37,557 nt of DNA from Bacteroidales bacterium (GCA_031285725.1 JAITVP010000056.1:1-37557); one strand, 5' to 3'. Positions 27,686 to 37,557 are shown, counted from the stretch's first letter. Made by a program: numbers and translations. Notes: a model not told the origin generated them from the sequence alone.

Positions 27686-29149
27686 GTGAAGATCATCAAC
27701 TGCTATTTAATCAAAAAATTCATAGGGCCGTTTGTCATCACGTTTTTGTTTGCCTTAGTGATCCTTTTGATGCAGTTTTTATGGTTATGGGTGGATGAGC
27801 TGGTTGGTAAGGGTTTAGAAATAAAATACATACTTCGATTGTTGTTTTATGCTTCAGCTACGATGGTAAGTATGGCGGCACCGTTAGCAGTGCTGCTCTC
27901 CTCTTTGATGACCTTTGGCTCAATGGGCGAGCATTACGAATTAGTGGCCTTGAAAGCATCCGGGATTCCTCTCAGCAAATTGATGCTCCCGCTGGCGATT
28001 TTATGTATCTTGATCGGAATCGGAGCGTTTTGGTTTACCAACGATATCACTCCGAAATCGTGGCTGAAAATGAAATCCATACAGTATAATATAAAAAATC
28101 AGAAACCGACATTATCGATAGATGAGGGCGTTTTTTATGACGGATTTGATAATTACATCATTAGAATCGGTAAAAAACACCGTGATAACGAGACCATCGA
28201 GGATGTGTTGATTTACGACCATTCCCGACACCAGGGAAACACCACGATGACATACGCATCCAAAGGCACGATGAGTATCACGCCTGACGGGAATTATCTA
28301 TTGTTTTATTTGTATGATGGTTATTTTTGGGACGAAAGCAAGAATGACAACAGCCGCAGTTCCAAACTTCCGCTCAATCGAGCACATTTCAAAGAGCAAT
28401 ATAAGAGGTTTGATCTCTCCTCTTTTGAGATGAGTAAAGACGAACACAGTTTTTACCAATCCAATACAAAAGCGATGTCGATCGAGCAGTTGGAGGTGAA
28501 AATCGACACGATCAGTCAATTGATTGCCGGCATTTCTGATGAAGCGGTTCGGGCGTTTTACAATGGAATGCATCAGTTCCAAACTTTGCATGATGAGCCG
28601 GAAATGATCAAAGACACGGCGAAACTGTGCATCGAAAGCATTTTAAACCAATATGACAAACAAAAATTGCAAAACATCTTCGGGTTTGCCAACCAGGCAT
28701 CTTACAGCACGGCGGGTAACGTACGTTATACTTACGAGGATGTGAAATTTAAGAACGAATCACTGTGGAGCCACCAAATCGAGTGGCACCGGAAATTCAC
28801 TTCGGCCGCGGCTTGTTTCCTCTTCTTTTTCATCGGAGCCTCGCTGGGATCAATCATCCGCAAAGGGGGAATCGGGGTGCCATTGCTCATTACCGTGGTC
28901 TTTTTCGTCATCTATTTTGCCCTGTCGATTTTTGGCGAAAAACTGGCGAAAGGAAGCGCGGTGCCCGTTTGGTTCGGTATGTGGCTCTCCACGTTCGTAT
29001 TGATCCCGCTTTGCATCTTCCTGACCCGCAAAGCCACTACCGACTCCGCCATTTTCTCCATCGACGAATACACGAAATGGTTTGCAAAATTGAAGAAAAT
29101 AGGAAAAAATCAGTTAATAAACAATGAAAATATTACAGATTTGTCATAA
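27686..29149 (+). CDS. LptF/LptG (YjgP/YjgQ) family LPS export permease
   Basis: DELVGKGL, PLAVLLSSLMTFG..E.YELVALKASGI and IEWHRKF..IGASLGSIIRKGG; about six TM helices. Confidence 0.93.
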   Translation: MKIINCYLIKKFIGPFVITFLFALVILLMQFLWLWVDELVGKGLEIKYILRLLFYASATMVSMAAPLAVLLSSLMTFGSMGEHYELVALKASGIPLSKLMLPLAILCILIGIGAFWFTNDITPKSWLKMKSIQYNIKNQKPTLSIDEGVFYDGFDNYIIRIGKKHRDNETIEDVLIYDHSRHQGNTTMTYASKGTMSITPDGNYLLFYLYDGYFWDESKNDNSRSSKLPLNRAHFKEQYKRFDLSSFEMSKDEHSFYQSNTKAMSIEQLEVKIDTISQLIAGISDEAVRAFYNGMHQFQTLHDEPEMIKDTAKLCIESILNQYDKQKLQNIFGFANQASYSTAGNVRYTYEDVKFKNESLWSHQIEWHRKFTSAAACFLFFFIGASLGSIIRKGGIGVPLLITVVFFVIYFALSIFGEKLAKGSAVPVWFGMWLSTFVLIPLCIFLTRKATTDSAIFSIDEYTKWFAKLKKIGKNQLINNENITDLS

Positions 29150-30323
29150 GCCCCCCATGCCCGCCGTGGATGGTGGATGCATTGCGACCAACACGATCAC
29201 GCAGGGTTTGCTGCACAATGGCCACGAGGTAAAAGTGCTAGCCATTTCGACCCTGAAGCATCCTGCGGATTTTGACAAAATACCCCAAGAATATATCCAA
29301 GATACTGGTTTTGAAACTGTTTTCATGAATACCGCCGTCACACCATGGGGGGCTGCGAAATCGATGCTGCTGGGTCAATCGTATCATATCAACCGCTTTA
29401 TTTCCAAAGAGTTTTCCGCAAAAATCGTTGAAGTGTTACAAAAAGAAACGTTCGATGTCATCCAACTTGAATCGATTTTTGTGGCACCGTATATCGATAC
29501 GATCAGAAAACATAGTCAAGCGAAAATTGTCCTGCGGGCACATAATATAGAGCATAAAATCTGGGGACGTTTCATGATTCACCAGAAAAGTCCGATCAAG
29601 AAGTGGTTGTTGGAGAAGATGATTCGACAATTGCGGAGATACGAGATGGGAGTTTTCACCAAAGTGGATGGATTTTTGGCCATTTCTGCTCCAGATTATA
29701 ACTTTTTTCACAAACGTTTTCCCCAACTCAAAGGCAATGTGATTCCCATGGGGATCAATATTGATCATTATATAATTGAAAATGAGTATATTCCAACGAC
29801 TAATCCCAAACTATTCCACATTGGTAGCATGAACTGGATACCTAATTTGGAGGGATTGGAGTGGTTTTTCGATGAAGTGTGGAAGACCATCCTTTCCCGT
29901 CATCCCGGGTTGACCTTTAATTTGGCAGGACGAGGCATTCCCAAAAAATGGCAATCGTTGAACATTCCGAATGTTATTGTGGATGGTGAAGTGGAGGATG
30001 CAAACCAATACATTCTCTCTAAAGATATTATGATCGTTCCGTTGCTTTCGGGGAGCGGTGTCCGCATCAAGATCATTGAGGGGATGGCATTAGGCAAGAC
30101 CATCATCACCACGCCGATCGGGGCGGAAGGGTTGGAGGTGGAGCACGGCGTTAACATTTTTATCGCCGATACGCCGCAAGAATTTGCCAATTTAATCGAC
30201 AAATGTATCGACAATTCCGAGTTGTGCAAAATCATTGGCGAGAATGCGAGAAACTATGTGATTTTAAACCATAATAACGAGATAATAACCCAGAATATCA
30301 TTTCGTTATACGAGGAGATTTGA
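29124..30323 (+). CDS. Glycosyltransferase family 4
   Basis: P..DGG, HNIE, GSMNW.PN.EG and VPLLSGSGVRIKIIEGMA.GK. Confidence 0.9.
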   Translation: MKILQICHKPPMPAVDGGCIATNTITQGLLHNGHEVKVLAISTLKHPADFDKIPQEYIQDTGFETVFMNTAVTPWGAAKSMLLGQSYHINRFISKEFSAKIVEVLQKETFDVIQLESIFVAPYIDTIRKHSQAKIVLRAHNIEHKIWGRFMIHQKSPIKKWLLEKMIRQLRRYEMGVFTKVDGFLAISAPDYNFFHKRFPQLKGNVIPMGINIDHYIIENEYIPTTNPKLFHIGSMNWIPNLEGLEWFFDEVWKTILSRHPGLTFNLAGRGIPKKWQSLNIPNVIVDGEVEDANQYILSKDIMIVPLLSGSGVRIKIIEGMALGKTIITTPIGAEGLEVEHGVNIFIADTPQEFANLIDKCIDNSELCKIIGENARNYVILNHNNEIITQNIISLYEEI

Positions 30324-30354
30324 CAACTCGTTATTTTTCATTAAAATTCTTTGA

Positions 30355-32238
30355 ATGAGTATATTAGATAATATAAACTATCCATCGGATCTCAAAAAGC
30401 TAAAACGGGAAGAACTTCCGGTTCTTTGTGAGGAACTGAGGAATTTTATTATCACCAACACGGCAGAAAATCCCGGCCACTTGGGTGCAAGTTTAGGCAC
30501 TGTGGAGTTGACCGTGGCTCTACACTATGTTTTTAACACACCCGATGATCAGATTGTGTGGGATGTCGGACATCAAGCATACGGTCACAAAATTTTGACC
30601 GGACGGAAAGAACGTTTTCATACCAATCGTAAATATCAAGGAATCAGCGGTTTTCCGAAAAGTTCGGAGAGTGTATTTGATGCTTTCGGGGCAGGCCACT
30701 CCTCCACTTCTGTATCGGCAGTGTTGGGTATGGCGATTGCTTCGGAATTGCGGGGAAATATGGAGCGGAATCACATTGCGGTCATAGGTGACGGCGCCAT
30801 GGGCGGCGGGATGGCATTCGAGGCCATGAACCAAGCGGGTATCAGCAATGCGAATGTGTTGATTATATTGAATGACAATAAGATATCTATTGACGACAGC
30901 GTGGGTGGGGTAAGCAAACATCTGCTCAACATCACTTCATCCCCAGCGTACAACCGTTTTAAGAACAAACTGTGGAACTTTTTCACTCTCAATACCCACC
31001 GTGCGAACTGGCTCACCCGTTTTTTTAGCGGACTGGGCAATGTGGTAAAAGGTTTCCTGTTAAGCGGAAGTAACATGTTTCAAAGTCTGGGGTTTCGTTA
31101 TTTCGGTCCCGCTAACGGTCATGATGTCATTCAGTTAGTAGATGTCTTCACTTCGTTGAAAAAGATCTCCGGTCCCAAGTTGCTCCATTTGGTGACGGTG
31201 AAAGGAAAAGGATTGCGGATGGCCGAGCAGGATCAGACGACGTATCATGCTCCCGGTCGGTTTAATCCGGATACCGGCGAAATCATTCTTGAATCCAATC
31301 CGGATGAACCGCCGAAATATCAGACTGTTTTTGGAGAAACTATTCTAGAATTGGCGAAAAACGACCCGAAAGTAGTTGGAATCACGCCGGCAATGATGAC
31401 TGGCTGTTCGTTGACCATCATGCGGGATGTATTCCCCGATCGGGTTTTCGATGTGGGCATTGCGGAGCAACATGCGGTCACTTTTTCGGCCGGATTGGCG
31501 AAAAGCGGTGCAATCCCGTTTTGCAATATTTACTCTTCTTTTATGCAGCGTGGGTATGATCAAGTAGTTCACGATGTGGCCTTGCAAAACTTGCCGGTAA
31601 TCTTTTGTTTGGATCGTGCGGGATTGGTGGGAGAGGATGGTGCCACACATCACGGCGCTTATGACCTCGCATTCATGCGGAGTATCCCGGGCATGATCAT
31701 CACCTCGCCCATTAACGAAAAAATTTTTCGTAACTTGCTCTATACAGCATACTTGAATCACTATAATCCTTTCACCATCCGTTATCCGCGCGGCAAAGGA
31801 ACCACCATCAATTGGCGAACACCGTTCGAGAAAATGGAAATTGGAAAGGCGAATATGTTGAAAAAAGGGGAGAAAATAGCAATTCTTTCACTAGGACCGT
31901 TGGGAAACATTGTTTCGCAAGTGCTCGTCGAACTGGAGTCCGAAAACATTCGTCCGGCGCATATTGATATGGTATTTTTGAAACCGTTGGATGAAGAATT
32001 ATTACACGAAGTGGCGAAAGAGTATCCGGTTATTGTCACGGTGGAAGAGGGTTGCGAAAAAGGGGGGCTATTCTCCGCCGTATCCGAATTTTTGCAAATT
32101 AATGGTTATAAAAACAGCGCACACGCTATTGCCTTGCCGGATCGTTTTATCGAGCACGGCGACATAAACTCGCTTTACAAAGAAGTCGGTTTTGATTCCG
32201 AATCAATGAAAGCATGTATACAAAAACTGATGAGATAA
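30355..32238 (+). CDS. dxs: 1-deoxy-D-xylulose-5-phosphate synthase
   Basis: GHLGASLG, WDVGHQAY, GHSSTS, GDGA, DVGIAEQHA and DRAGLVGEDGATHHG. Confidence 0.97.
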   Translation: MSILDNINYPSDLKKLKREELPVLCEELRNFIITNTAENPGHLGASLGTVELTVALHYVFNTPDDQIVWDVGHQAYGHKILTGRKERFHTNRKYQGISGFPKSSESVFDAFGAGHSSTSVSAVLGMAIASELRGNMERNHIAVIGDGAMGGGMAFEAMNQAGISNANVLIILNDNKISIDDSVGGVSKHLLNITSSPAYNRFKNKLWNFFTLNTHRANWLTRFFSGLGNVVKGFLLSGSNMFQSLGFRYFGPANGHDVIQLVDVFTSLKKISGPKLLHLVTVKGKGLRMAEQDQTTYHAPGRFNPDTGEIILESNPDEPPKYQTVFGETILELAKNDPKVVGITPAMMTGCSLTIMRDVFPDRVFDVGIAEQHAVTFSAGLAKSGAIPFCNIYSSFMQRGYDQVVHDVALQNLPVIFCLDRAGLVGEDGATHHGAYDLAFMRSIPGMIITSPINEKIFRNLLYTAYLNHYNPFTIRYPRGKGTTINWRTPFEKMEIGKANMLKKGEKIAILSLGPLGNIVSQVLVELESENIRPAHIDMVFLKPLDEELLHEVAKEYPVIVTVEEGCEKGGLFSAVSEFLQINGYKNSAHAIALPDRFIEHGDINSLYKEVGFDSESMKACIQKLMR

Positions 32239-32314
32239 ATTTGTGCAAATCGACCCCAATCAATGTCATTTGTGTGTCATTTAAAAGAATGTAATAACAA
32301 CCAACCATATAGTT

Positions 32315-33289
32315 ATGAAAAAAACAAGATTATTTTCTCTACTATCTCAAATTACAATGATCATTTTGATCATTCATATAGCCGGATGTAAACCAAAAAC
32401 CACCGAGCCGTTACAAACTGCGACGGAAAAAGTGGACTATCCCGTGAGACCCGTTCCCAATATGATCGCCACTTCCATTGACGATGCGGAAACGCTGTAT
32501 CCTTTAGATGCGGATTTTGTCAAAGATTTCATGGAAAAAGCCCGTGATTACGAAGGTACGCATGTGCAGGCGGAGATTGCGTTTCCCGAAGCATGGGGTT
32601 TGTTGTCGGTCGAGTATTTGCCCGAAGGTCGAGAGTTGTGGCATCTGCAATCGCAATGTCGAGAGTGGATGTATTTGGTGATTACCTCCGGCATGGGCAC
32701 GCAACGGATTCTGGATTTGCTGCCCGTGGCCGTGAACCTCTCCGTGCATCGGGGAGACATTCTCCAAACCGAACTTTGGACCACCTGTCGCGAATCGGAC
32801 GGCGCATTCTTGGTCGAGAAGGCCTATGAATGGTTGCGTTCCATCGAGAATGTATCCAAACAAGATTTGGACACCAACTTCTCTGCTTATCAACATGAAA
32901 ATCACGTAATTGATAAATACTATATCAACGATATGAGCCGCTTTGAATACATTCCCCGAATCGACAGCATTGACTACAGCGCCGTGGTTTTCTACTACAA
33001 CCAAGAGACTAAACCGGACGAGTGGGACGAGGTGATCCCGATCCTGCAATCCTACTGTGAAGAGAAAAATATCTTTTTTGATGAGATCTATTCCGGTTAC
33101 AACAATGTGAAAATCACAGATTTTAGACTCAACGACATTGCTGAATTAGATATCACACCCTACATGGGTGTCACCGAATCCGGCATGGTGATGTTCCGCT
33201 CCGGTCAAGAACCCAAAAACGTCAGTTTCGGCAGCATGGAACGGATGAAGGTTGAGATACGGCGTTTTTTTAATTTATTGAGTCAATAG
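32315..33289 (+). CDS. Hypothetical lipoprotein
   Basis: 324-aa ORF with a hydrophobic signal ending IAG-C; no recognised catalytic motif. Confidence 0.75.
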   Translation: MKKTRLFSLLSQITMIILIIHIAGCKPKTTEPLQTATEKVDYPVRPVPNMIATSIDDAETLYPLDADFVKDFMEKARDYEGTHVQAEIAFPEAWGLLSVEYLPEGRELWHLQSQCREWMYLVITSGMGTQRILDLLPVAVNLSVHRGDILQTELWTTCRESDGAFLVEKAYEWLRSIENVSKQDLDTNFSAYQHENHVIDKYYINDMSRFEYIPRIDSIDYSAVVFYYNQETKPDEWDEVIPILQSYCEEKNIFFDEIYSGYNNVKITDFRLNDIAELDITPYMGVTESGMVMFRSGQEPKNVSFGSMERMKVEIRRFFNLLSQ

Positions 33290-33351
33290 GGATTGACATT
33301 GATCCGGTGCCGATTTGCAACATTATGGCATGGTAGCATGCCTTGCAAAAA

Positions 33352-33397
33352 CAAAAAAGGGGAAAGCTCAAAGATGGTGTCTTTTGAAGTATTCCCC
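33352..33397 (-). terminator. Terminator-like hairpin oriented for a minus-strand transcript
   Basis: Minus strand reads AGGGGAA-tact-TCAAAAGAC-acc-ATCTTTGA-gct-TTCCCCT, then TTTTTGTTTTT. Confidence 0.55.
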
Positions 33398-33489
33398 TCT
33401 GAAATCAATGACACAATTATGTTTCCAACTGGAATCCCAACTGACTTTGACACTTCGATAAGTTGTGGGGCAACAACATAAAGATTTAA

Positions 33490-33519
33490 TTTGAAAATTT
33501 GAAAATTTCCGTACCTTTG
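33490..33519 (+). promoter_or_regulatory. Bacteroidetes primary-sigma promoter (-33 TTTG / -7 TACCTTTG)
   Basis: TTTG at 33490-33493, 18-nt spacer, TACCTTTG at 33512-33519. Confidence 0.7.
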
Positions 33520-33564
33520 CGCATCTTTTGAAAAATAGAACACTTAATCAAATAAAACAAAGAA

Positions 33565-34764
33565 ATGTCAAGAGTATTAATTATCGGAGCCGGCGGAGTG
33601 GGCTCGGTGGTTGCGCACAAATGTGCGGCAGTTCCGGAAATTTTCAATGAAATTTTATTGGCGAGCAGAACGAAGGCGAAGGCGGATCAGATTGCGGCGG
33701 CGATCGGAAGCAGTAAAGTGCAAACCGCCCAAGTCGATGCCGATAACGTAGAGGAGACCATCGCACTGATCAACCGTTTCAAACCCGATTTATTGATCAA
33801 TGTAGCGCTGCCCTATCAAGACCTTCCGTTGATGGATGCTTGTCTGGCGACGAAAACAAGCTATATGGACACTGCAAATTACGAACCGAAAGACGAGGCG
33901 AAGTTCGAGTATAAATGGCAATGGGCATACCACGACCGTTTCAAGGAAGCCGGCATCATGGCACTGCTCGGGTGCGGATTCGACCCCGGCGTGACCAGCA
34001 TTTATACAGCGTATGCGGCAAAACACCATTTCGATGAAATACACCATTTAGACATTGTGGATTGTAATGCCGGCGATCACGGCAAGGCTTTTGCCACCAA
34101 CTTTAACCCTGAAATCAACATTCGCGAGATTACCCAAAAAGGGAAATATTGGGAAAATGGAAAATGGATTGAGATTGATGCGATGTCTATCCACAAACCA
34201 ATCGCATACCCCAACATTGGAGAAAGAGAATCGTATCTTCTTTATCATGAAGAACTTGAATCATTAGTAAAAAATTATCCTACCCTCAAACATGCCCGTT
34301 TTTGGATGACGTTCGGACAAAAATATATTACGGTGTTGAACGTGCTGCAAGAGGTCGGCATGACCAGCATCAAGCCAGTGATGTACGAGGGGCGGGAGAT
34401 CATTCCGTTGCAATTCCTGAAAGTTGTACTGCCAGAACCTTCTTCGTTGGGCGAAGGCTACAAAGGGGAAACTTCCATCGGTTGCCAAATCCGAGGAATC
34501 AAAAACGGCAAAGAGGCTACCTATTATATATGGAATAACTGCGACCACGAAGCCGCATTCAAAGATGTTGGCGCACAGGCGGTTTCCTACACCACAGGCG
34601 TTCCCGCCATGCTGGGCGCAAAGATGATTCTCGAAGGAAAATGGAAAAGTGCAGGTGTCTTCAACGTGGAAGAGTTCGATCCCGATCCATTCATGGCCGA
34701 AATCGGAAAATATGGCTTGCCGTGGAAAGAAGAAATCAACCAACCGTTGCCGGTGGAGAAGTGA
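33565..34764 (+). CDS. Saccharopine dehydrogenase family protein, probable carboxy(nor)spermidine dehydrogenase
   Basis: IIGAGGVG, NVALPYQD, DTANYE, GCGFDPG, DCNAG, FATNFNPEINIRE and HEELESL. Confidence 0.9.
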   Translation: MSRVLIIGAGGVGSVVAHKCAAVPEIFNEILLASRTKAKADQIAAAIGSSKVQTAQVDADNVEETIALINRFKPDLLINVALPYQDLPLMDACLATKTSYMDTANYEPKDEAKFEYKWQWAYHDRFKEAGIMALLGCGFDPGVTSIYTAYAAKHHFDEIHHLDIVDCNAGDHGKAFATNFNPEINIREITQKGKYWENGKWIEIDAMSIHKPIAYPNIGERESYLLYHEELESLVKNYPTLKHARFWMTFGQKYITVLNVLQEVGMTSIKPVMYEGREIIPLQFLKVVLPEPSSLGEGYKGETSIGCQIRGIKNGKEATYYIWNNCDHEAAFKDVGAQAVSYTTGVPAMLGAKMILEGKWKSAGVFNVEEFDPDPFMAEIGKYGLPWKEEINQPLPVEK

Positions 34765-34863
34765 CTCAATACTCATTGCTTCACCACCCGAAATCCGATA
34801 AAGGACGAAAAGGAAGCGGGGGGCAAAATTGGTGATTTGAGCCATCCGATTTGTGTTCACCTT

Positions 34864-37439
34864 TCACCTCACCACCGTCACTTCCCCTTTTACAGTGTGC
34901 CGTTTTCCGAAATGGTCCCGGTAGTGAATGATGTACACGAACATTGCGCCGTTGAGGGTATGCTTCCCGTTGCCGGTGCCGTTCCAGCCGCTGTCGGGGT
35001 TTTCAGTGTAGAAGATTAATGTTCCCCAGCGGTCGTAGATCGACATTTTGAATTCCGTCATATCTATCGTCACAAATTCGGGTTTGAAGAGGTCGTTCAA
35101 ACCATCGCCGTTGGGAGAGAAAGCGCTGGGGACAAAAAACGAGGTTTTGTCTTTGATATCCAAGGTCAAGGTCGTGCTATCTTCGCAGTCATTATCATCT
35201 CTCACATAAAGAGAGACTTCGTATTGCCCAATCTCATCATACCGATGCTCGGGATATTGGGTTGACGAACCGTTACCATCACCAAAATTCCACCGCCAAT
35301 AGGTCGCATTTTGGGAACAATCGACGAAACGCAACATGTCGTTGATGAAATTGGGCGGAGACGGAGATACCGTAATACATGCTTTAATATCCTGTATATT
35401 ATTGATAGTGAACGGGAAATCGATAGGGCATATTCCATCATCTACCGAAATCGTGTAATTTCCCGGCCGGAGATTGAAAGCGGTGCGATCTGTGTAATTT
35501 TCGATACCGTTCCAATAGACATCATAATGATCCGATGAGGTGCTGATGTTGATTTCAATGGAGCCGTTATCTTTATTGCATGTCGCATGCGTGATTTTGA
35601 CAATAGAGACCATGATTGGGTCTGGAATTGTGATTTCCACAATGCCGATTTCCAAGGTGTTACATTGATCGTGTACACTGACGATGACATCCGTCTCCTC
35701 GGTAATGATCGTTCCAACGGCTGGCGTTTGCGAGAAGGTGATCTCGTCGCTGCTCACGCAATTGTCATACGCCGCCGTATCGAACAGTTCCGTAATATCA
35801 GGGATAGAGTATTGTCCGTTTTGGCAAATCGCTTCTGCGGAATAGACAGTCGTTTCAATGGTAGGCGGTTCAATATCTTGTATCAAAATGGTGATCGTGT
35901 CCCGTTTCATGCAGTTATTCGCATCGGTGACTGCCAGATAGACTTCGACGAGGGAGTCACAGAGGTAAGCGGCAGAGATATTGGTCTGGGCGGAGGCAGG
36001 GTCGCCGGCAATAGCTGCGGCGTTACCATTCCACTGGTAAGAATAGGGTGGCGTTCCGCTCGTCACTTGTGCGGCGATGGTATGATTGATCTCGAAATGA
36101 CAAAAAGGATCAGGGAATTGTGTGACCACGGTTTCGACCGACGGATAGATGTGGACATACACACCGACGGCGGAACCGCACCCGTTGGCAGAGCCGACTA
36201 CTTGGAAATAGGTGGACGTGGTGGGTGCCACCAAAATCGTCGAGGTGTCGATCTCTGTGGTGTTCCAACGGTAGGAATCTGCACCGGAAGCCACCAAGCG
36301 GGTGGTGTCGTTGGCGCAAAGCGTGTCGCGGTAAGCGTAAACGCTAACATTGGGAAGGCTGTTTACTACCACGGGAATGGTGGTAACAACCGTGTCGCCA
36401 TCGGCAAGGAAAAGATAGAGTGTGTAATTGCCACTGTCCGCCGGCATGGCATCGTAAATGGTCGGAGCACGTTCCGTGGAAGTGAAACCATTGGGGCCTT
36501 CCCAGTAGACGGTGGATCCACTTTCCGAATTAGCGCAATAGAGGAAAAGAATATCACCCTCGCAAACCGGACTGTTGCTGCCGGCCAAGGAGAGCACGGA
36601 ACAGTCGGTTTCCGCTGTGGTGTAGTTTGTTTCCACGGCATTGAAAGAGATGACACCGGGCACGCTCGCAAAATTTGTAATGAGCAGCAAATAAAATTCC
36701 CCTTCTTGCGCATCGGGAATAAAACACCATTCCGTGCCTGCAGAGTGATAACTACAGTCTATCATATTGTCCACGGGATATCCTCCAAAATTTCCATTGG
36801 CATGGTCTCCGTTAGTAGGTCTATGGGTTGAGGTCGATTCAGTATAAAAATCGTATCTGCCGCAACACAAGTTATTTTTAAAATCGGCAGATGTGCTAGC
36901 GGCAAAAGGTCCCCAGCAGGCAAAATCCACATCCGATTCAGAGCCGTCCGAATCCCGAAATTGTTGCAAATAAATTAGCAGATTTCCGGGTTCGCTAATA
37001 CGCATATAGTACCAAGCGGCAGGTTTATCGATATTGCCCAGACAGCCCACGGAGGATTGTCCGAAAAAAACAGTCGGGTAACCGCCGGTGCCGGAAGGAT
37101 AGCTGATTCCGTCCGGGGTGTCGTCGGTACAGAACGGGTGCAGGCTTACTCCGTCGCAAGGCGATCCCAATGCGGAGGAAACGGTAAAGCAAGGTTTGCA
37201 GCTTAGACCCGCAGCCCACCCGGAACTTACCCCTTCGCCGTTTGACGTGAAAAAGAGGGTGATCACCTGACCGGTGGTTTCTATTCTGGGGGGAAGACTA
37301 TTTCCCATGAACGTACCCAACACCGGAGAGGAGGTCGATGCGCCGTCGTAAACATACAAACAATCATAATCACTCAAAGAAAACTCATAAAATTCCAACA
37401 CTAAGGGTTGGCCATCTTCTGAGATGTAAATTTGCGTCA
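34864..37439 (-). CDS. 3' part (3' exon) of a T9SS type-B CTD surface protein (CUB, Cys-rich, Ig/HYR-like, SprB-like, PKD domains)
   Basis: Partial CUB (LVLEFYEFSL..DCLYVYDG..SP.LG..G..GW.A), DVDFACWGPF block, PKD (WNFGDG..PEHRY..GQYEV.L) and CTD FVPSAFSPNGDGLND..IYDRWG. No signal peptide; the first 27 codons of the track ORF are intron DV/DVI sequence. Confidence 0.85.
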
Positions 37440-37557
37440 ATCGAGTAGGAGGAAAACGAAGTAGTTTGCTTCCTACTTTCGTTTTCCGACCTCTCACACC
37501 ACCGTACGTGCCGTTCGGCATACGGCGGTTCTTTACCTACGATGCAATTTACTGTAA
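37440..37557 (-). mobile_element. Group II intron (class IIC), 3' end: domains V and VI (truncated by window edge)
   Basis: Minus strand: DV (37529-37498) ACCGCCGTA-TGCC-GAAC-GGCA-CG-TACGGTGGT with the IIC CGC triad, GAAC loop and CG bulge. DVI GAGAGG...CCT-A-CTC with bulged A at 37446; intron ends ...CTACTCGAT (AY) at 37440. Confidence 0.93.
37533..37556 (-). CDS. Probable C-terminus of intron-encoded RT/maturase (YSKLHRR-stop)
   Basis: Open frame TAC AGT AAA TTG CAT CGT AGG TAA ends a few nt before DV, where IIC intron-encoded proteins usually stop. Only 7 sense codons are visible. Confidence 0.5.
   Translation of the reverse strand, partial: YSKLHRR

Noticed and set aside
33488-33508. 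AATTTGAA tandem repeats as a CRISPR or mobile-element repeat
   Set aside because: About 2.5 low-complexity copies with no spacers, overlapping the promoter -33 region.
33283-33543. 86-aa minus-strand ORF and overlapping 62-aa plus-strand ORF
   Set aside because: They run through promoter and hairpin sequence and show no protein motif. Treated as non-coding, though a small protein is not excluded.
35587-36831. 414-aa plus-strand ORF
   Set aside because: Arg/Gly-rich antisense shadow of the T9SS surface protein.
1-37557. CRISPR arrays, tRNA/rRNA genes, prophage, IS elements, DGR repeats, further intron DV/DVI copies
   Set aside because: None seen by manual reading; short or degenerate copies could have been missed.

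Overview
Chromosomal window from a T9SS-bearing Bacteroidales-like bacterium, judged from TAnnTTTG -7 promoter boxes, Bacteroidetes gene order and T9SS cargo proteins. Most of it is envelope and housekeeping DNA. In order: a partial lptC - TPR - FadL-like OMP - coaX run divergent from dprA; a radical SAM/lipoprotein pair; ddl followed by two GH73-LysM and two M23 paralogs; phoH, lpxK and purine nucleoside phosphorylase; a 9.7-kb three-gene operon (TonB-dependent receptor-like protein, 1574-aa T9SS-CTD protein, PorV-like barrel); greA, HIT, a transketolase N-half, an LptF/G permease, a GT4, dxs, a lipoprotein and carboxy(nor)spermidine dehydrogenase. At the right edge the 3' end (DV/DVI) of a class IIC group II intron abuts the CUB domain of a T9SS type-B surface protein. 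Best candidates for new biology: (1) the SusD-less receptor + T9SS cargo + dedicated PorV-like module; (2) a IIC intron apparently inside a surface-protein CDS; (3) a possible splicease radical SAM enzyme whose partner lipoprotein has a C-Y-G motif at the lipidated Cys; (4) two active/inactive peptidoglycan hydrolase pairs. All assignments come from motif recognition; no searches were run.
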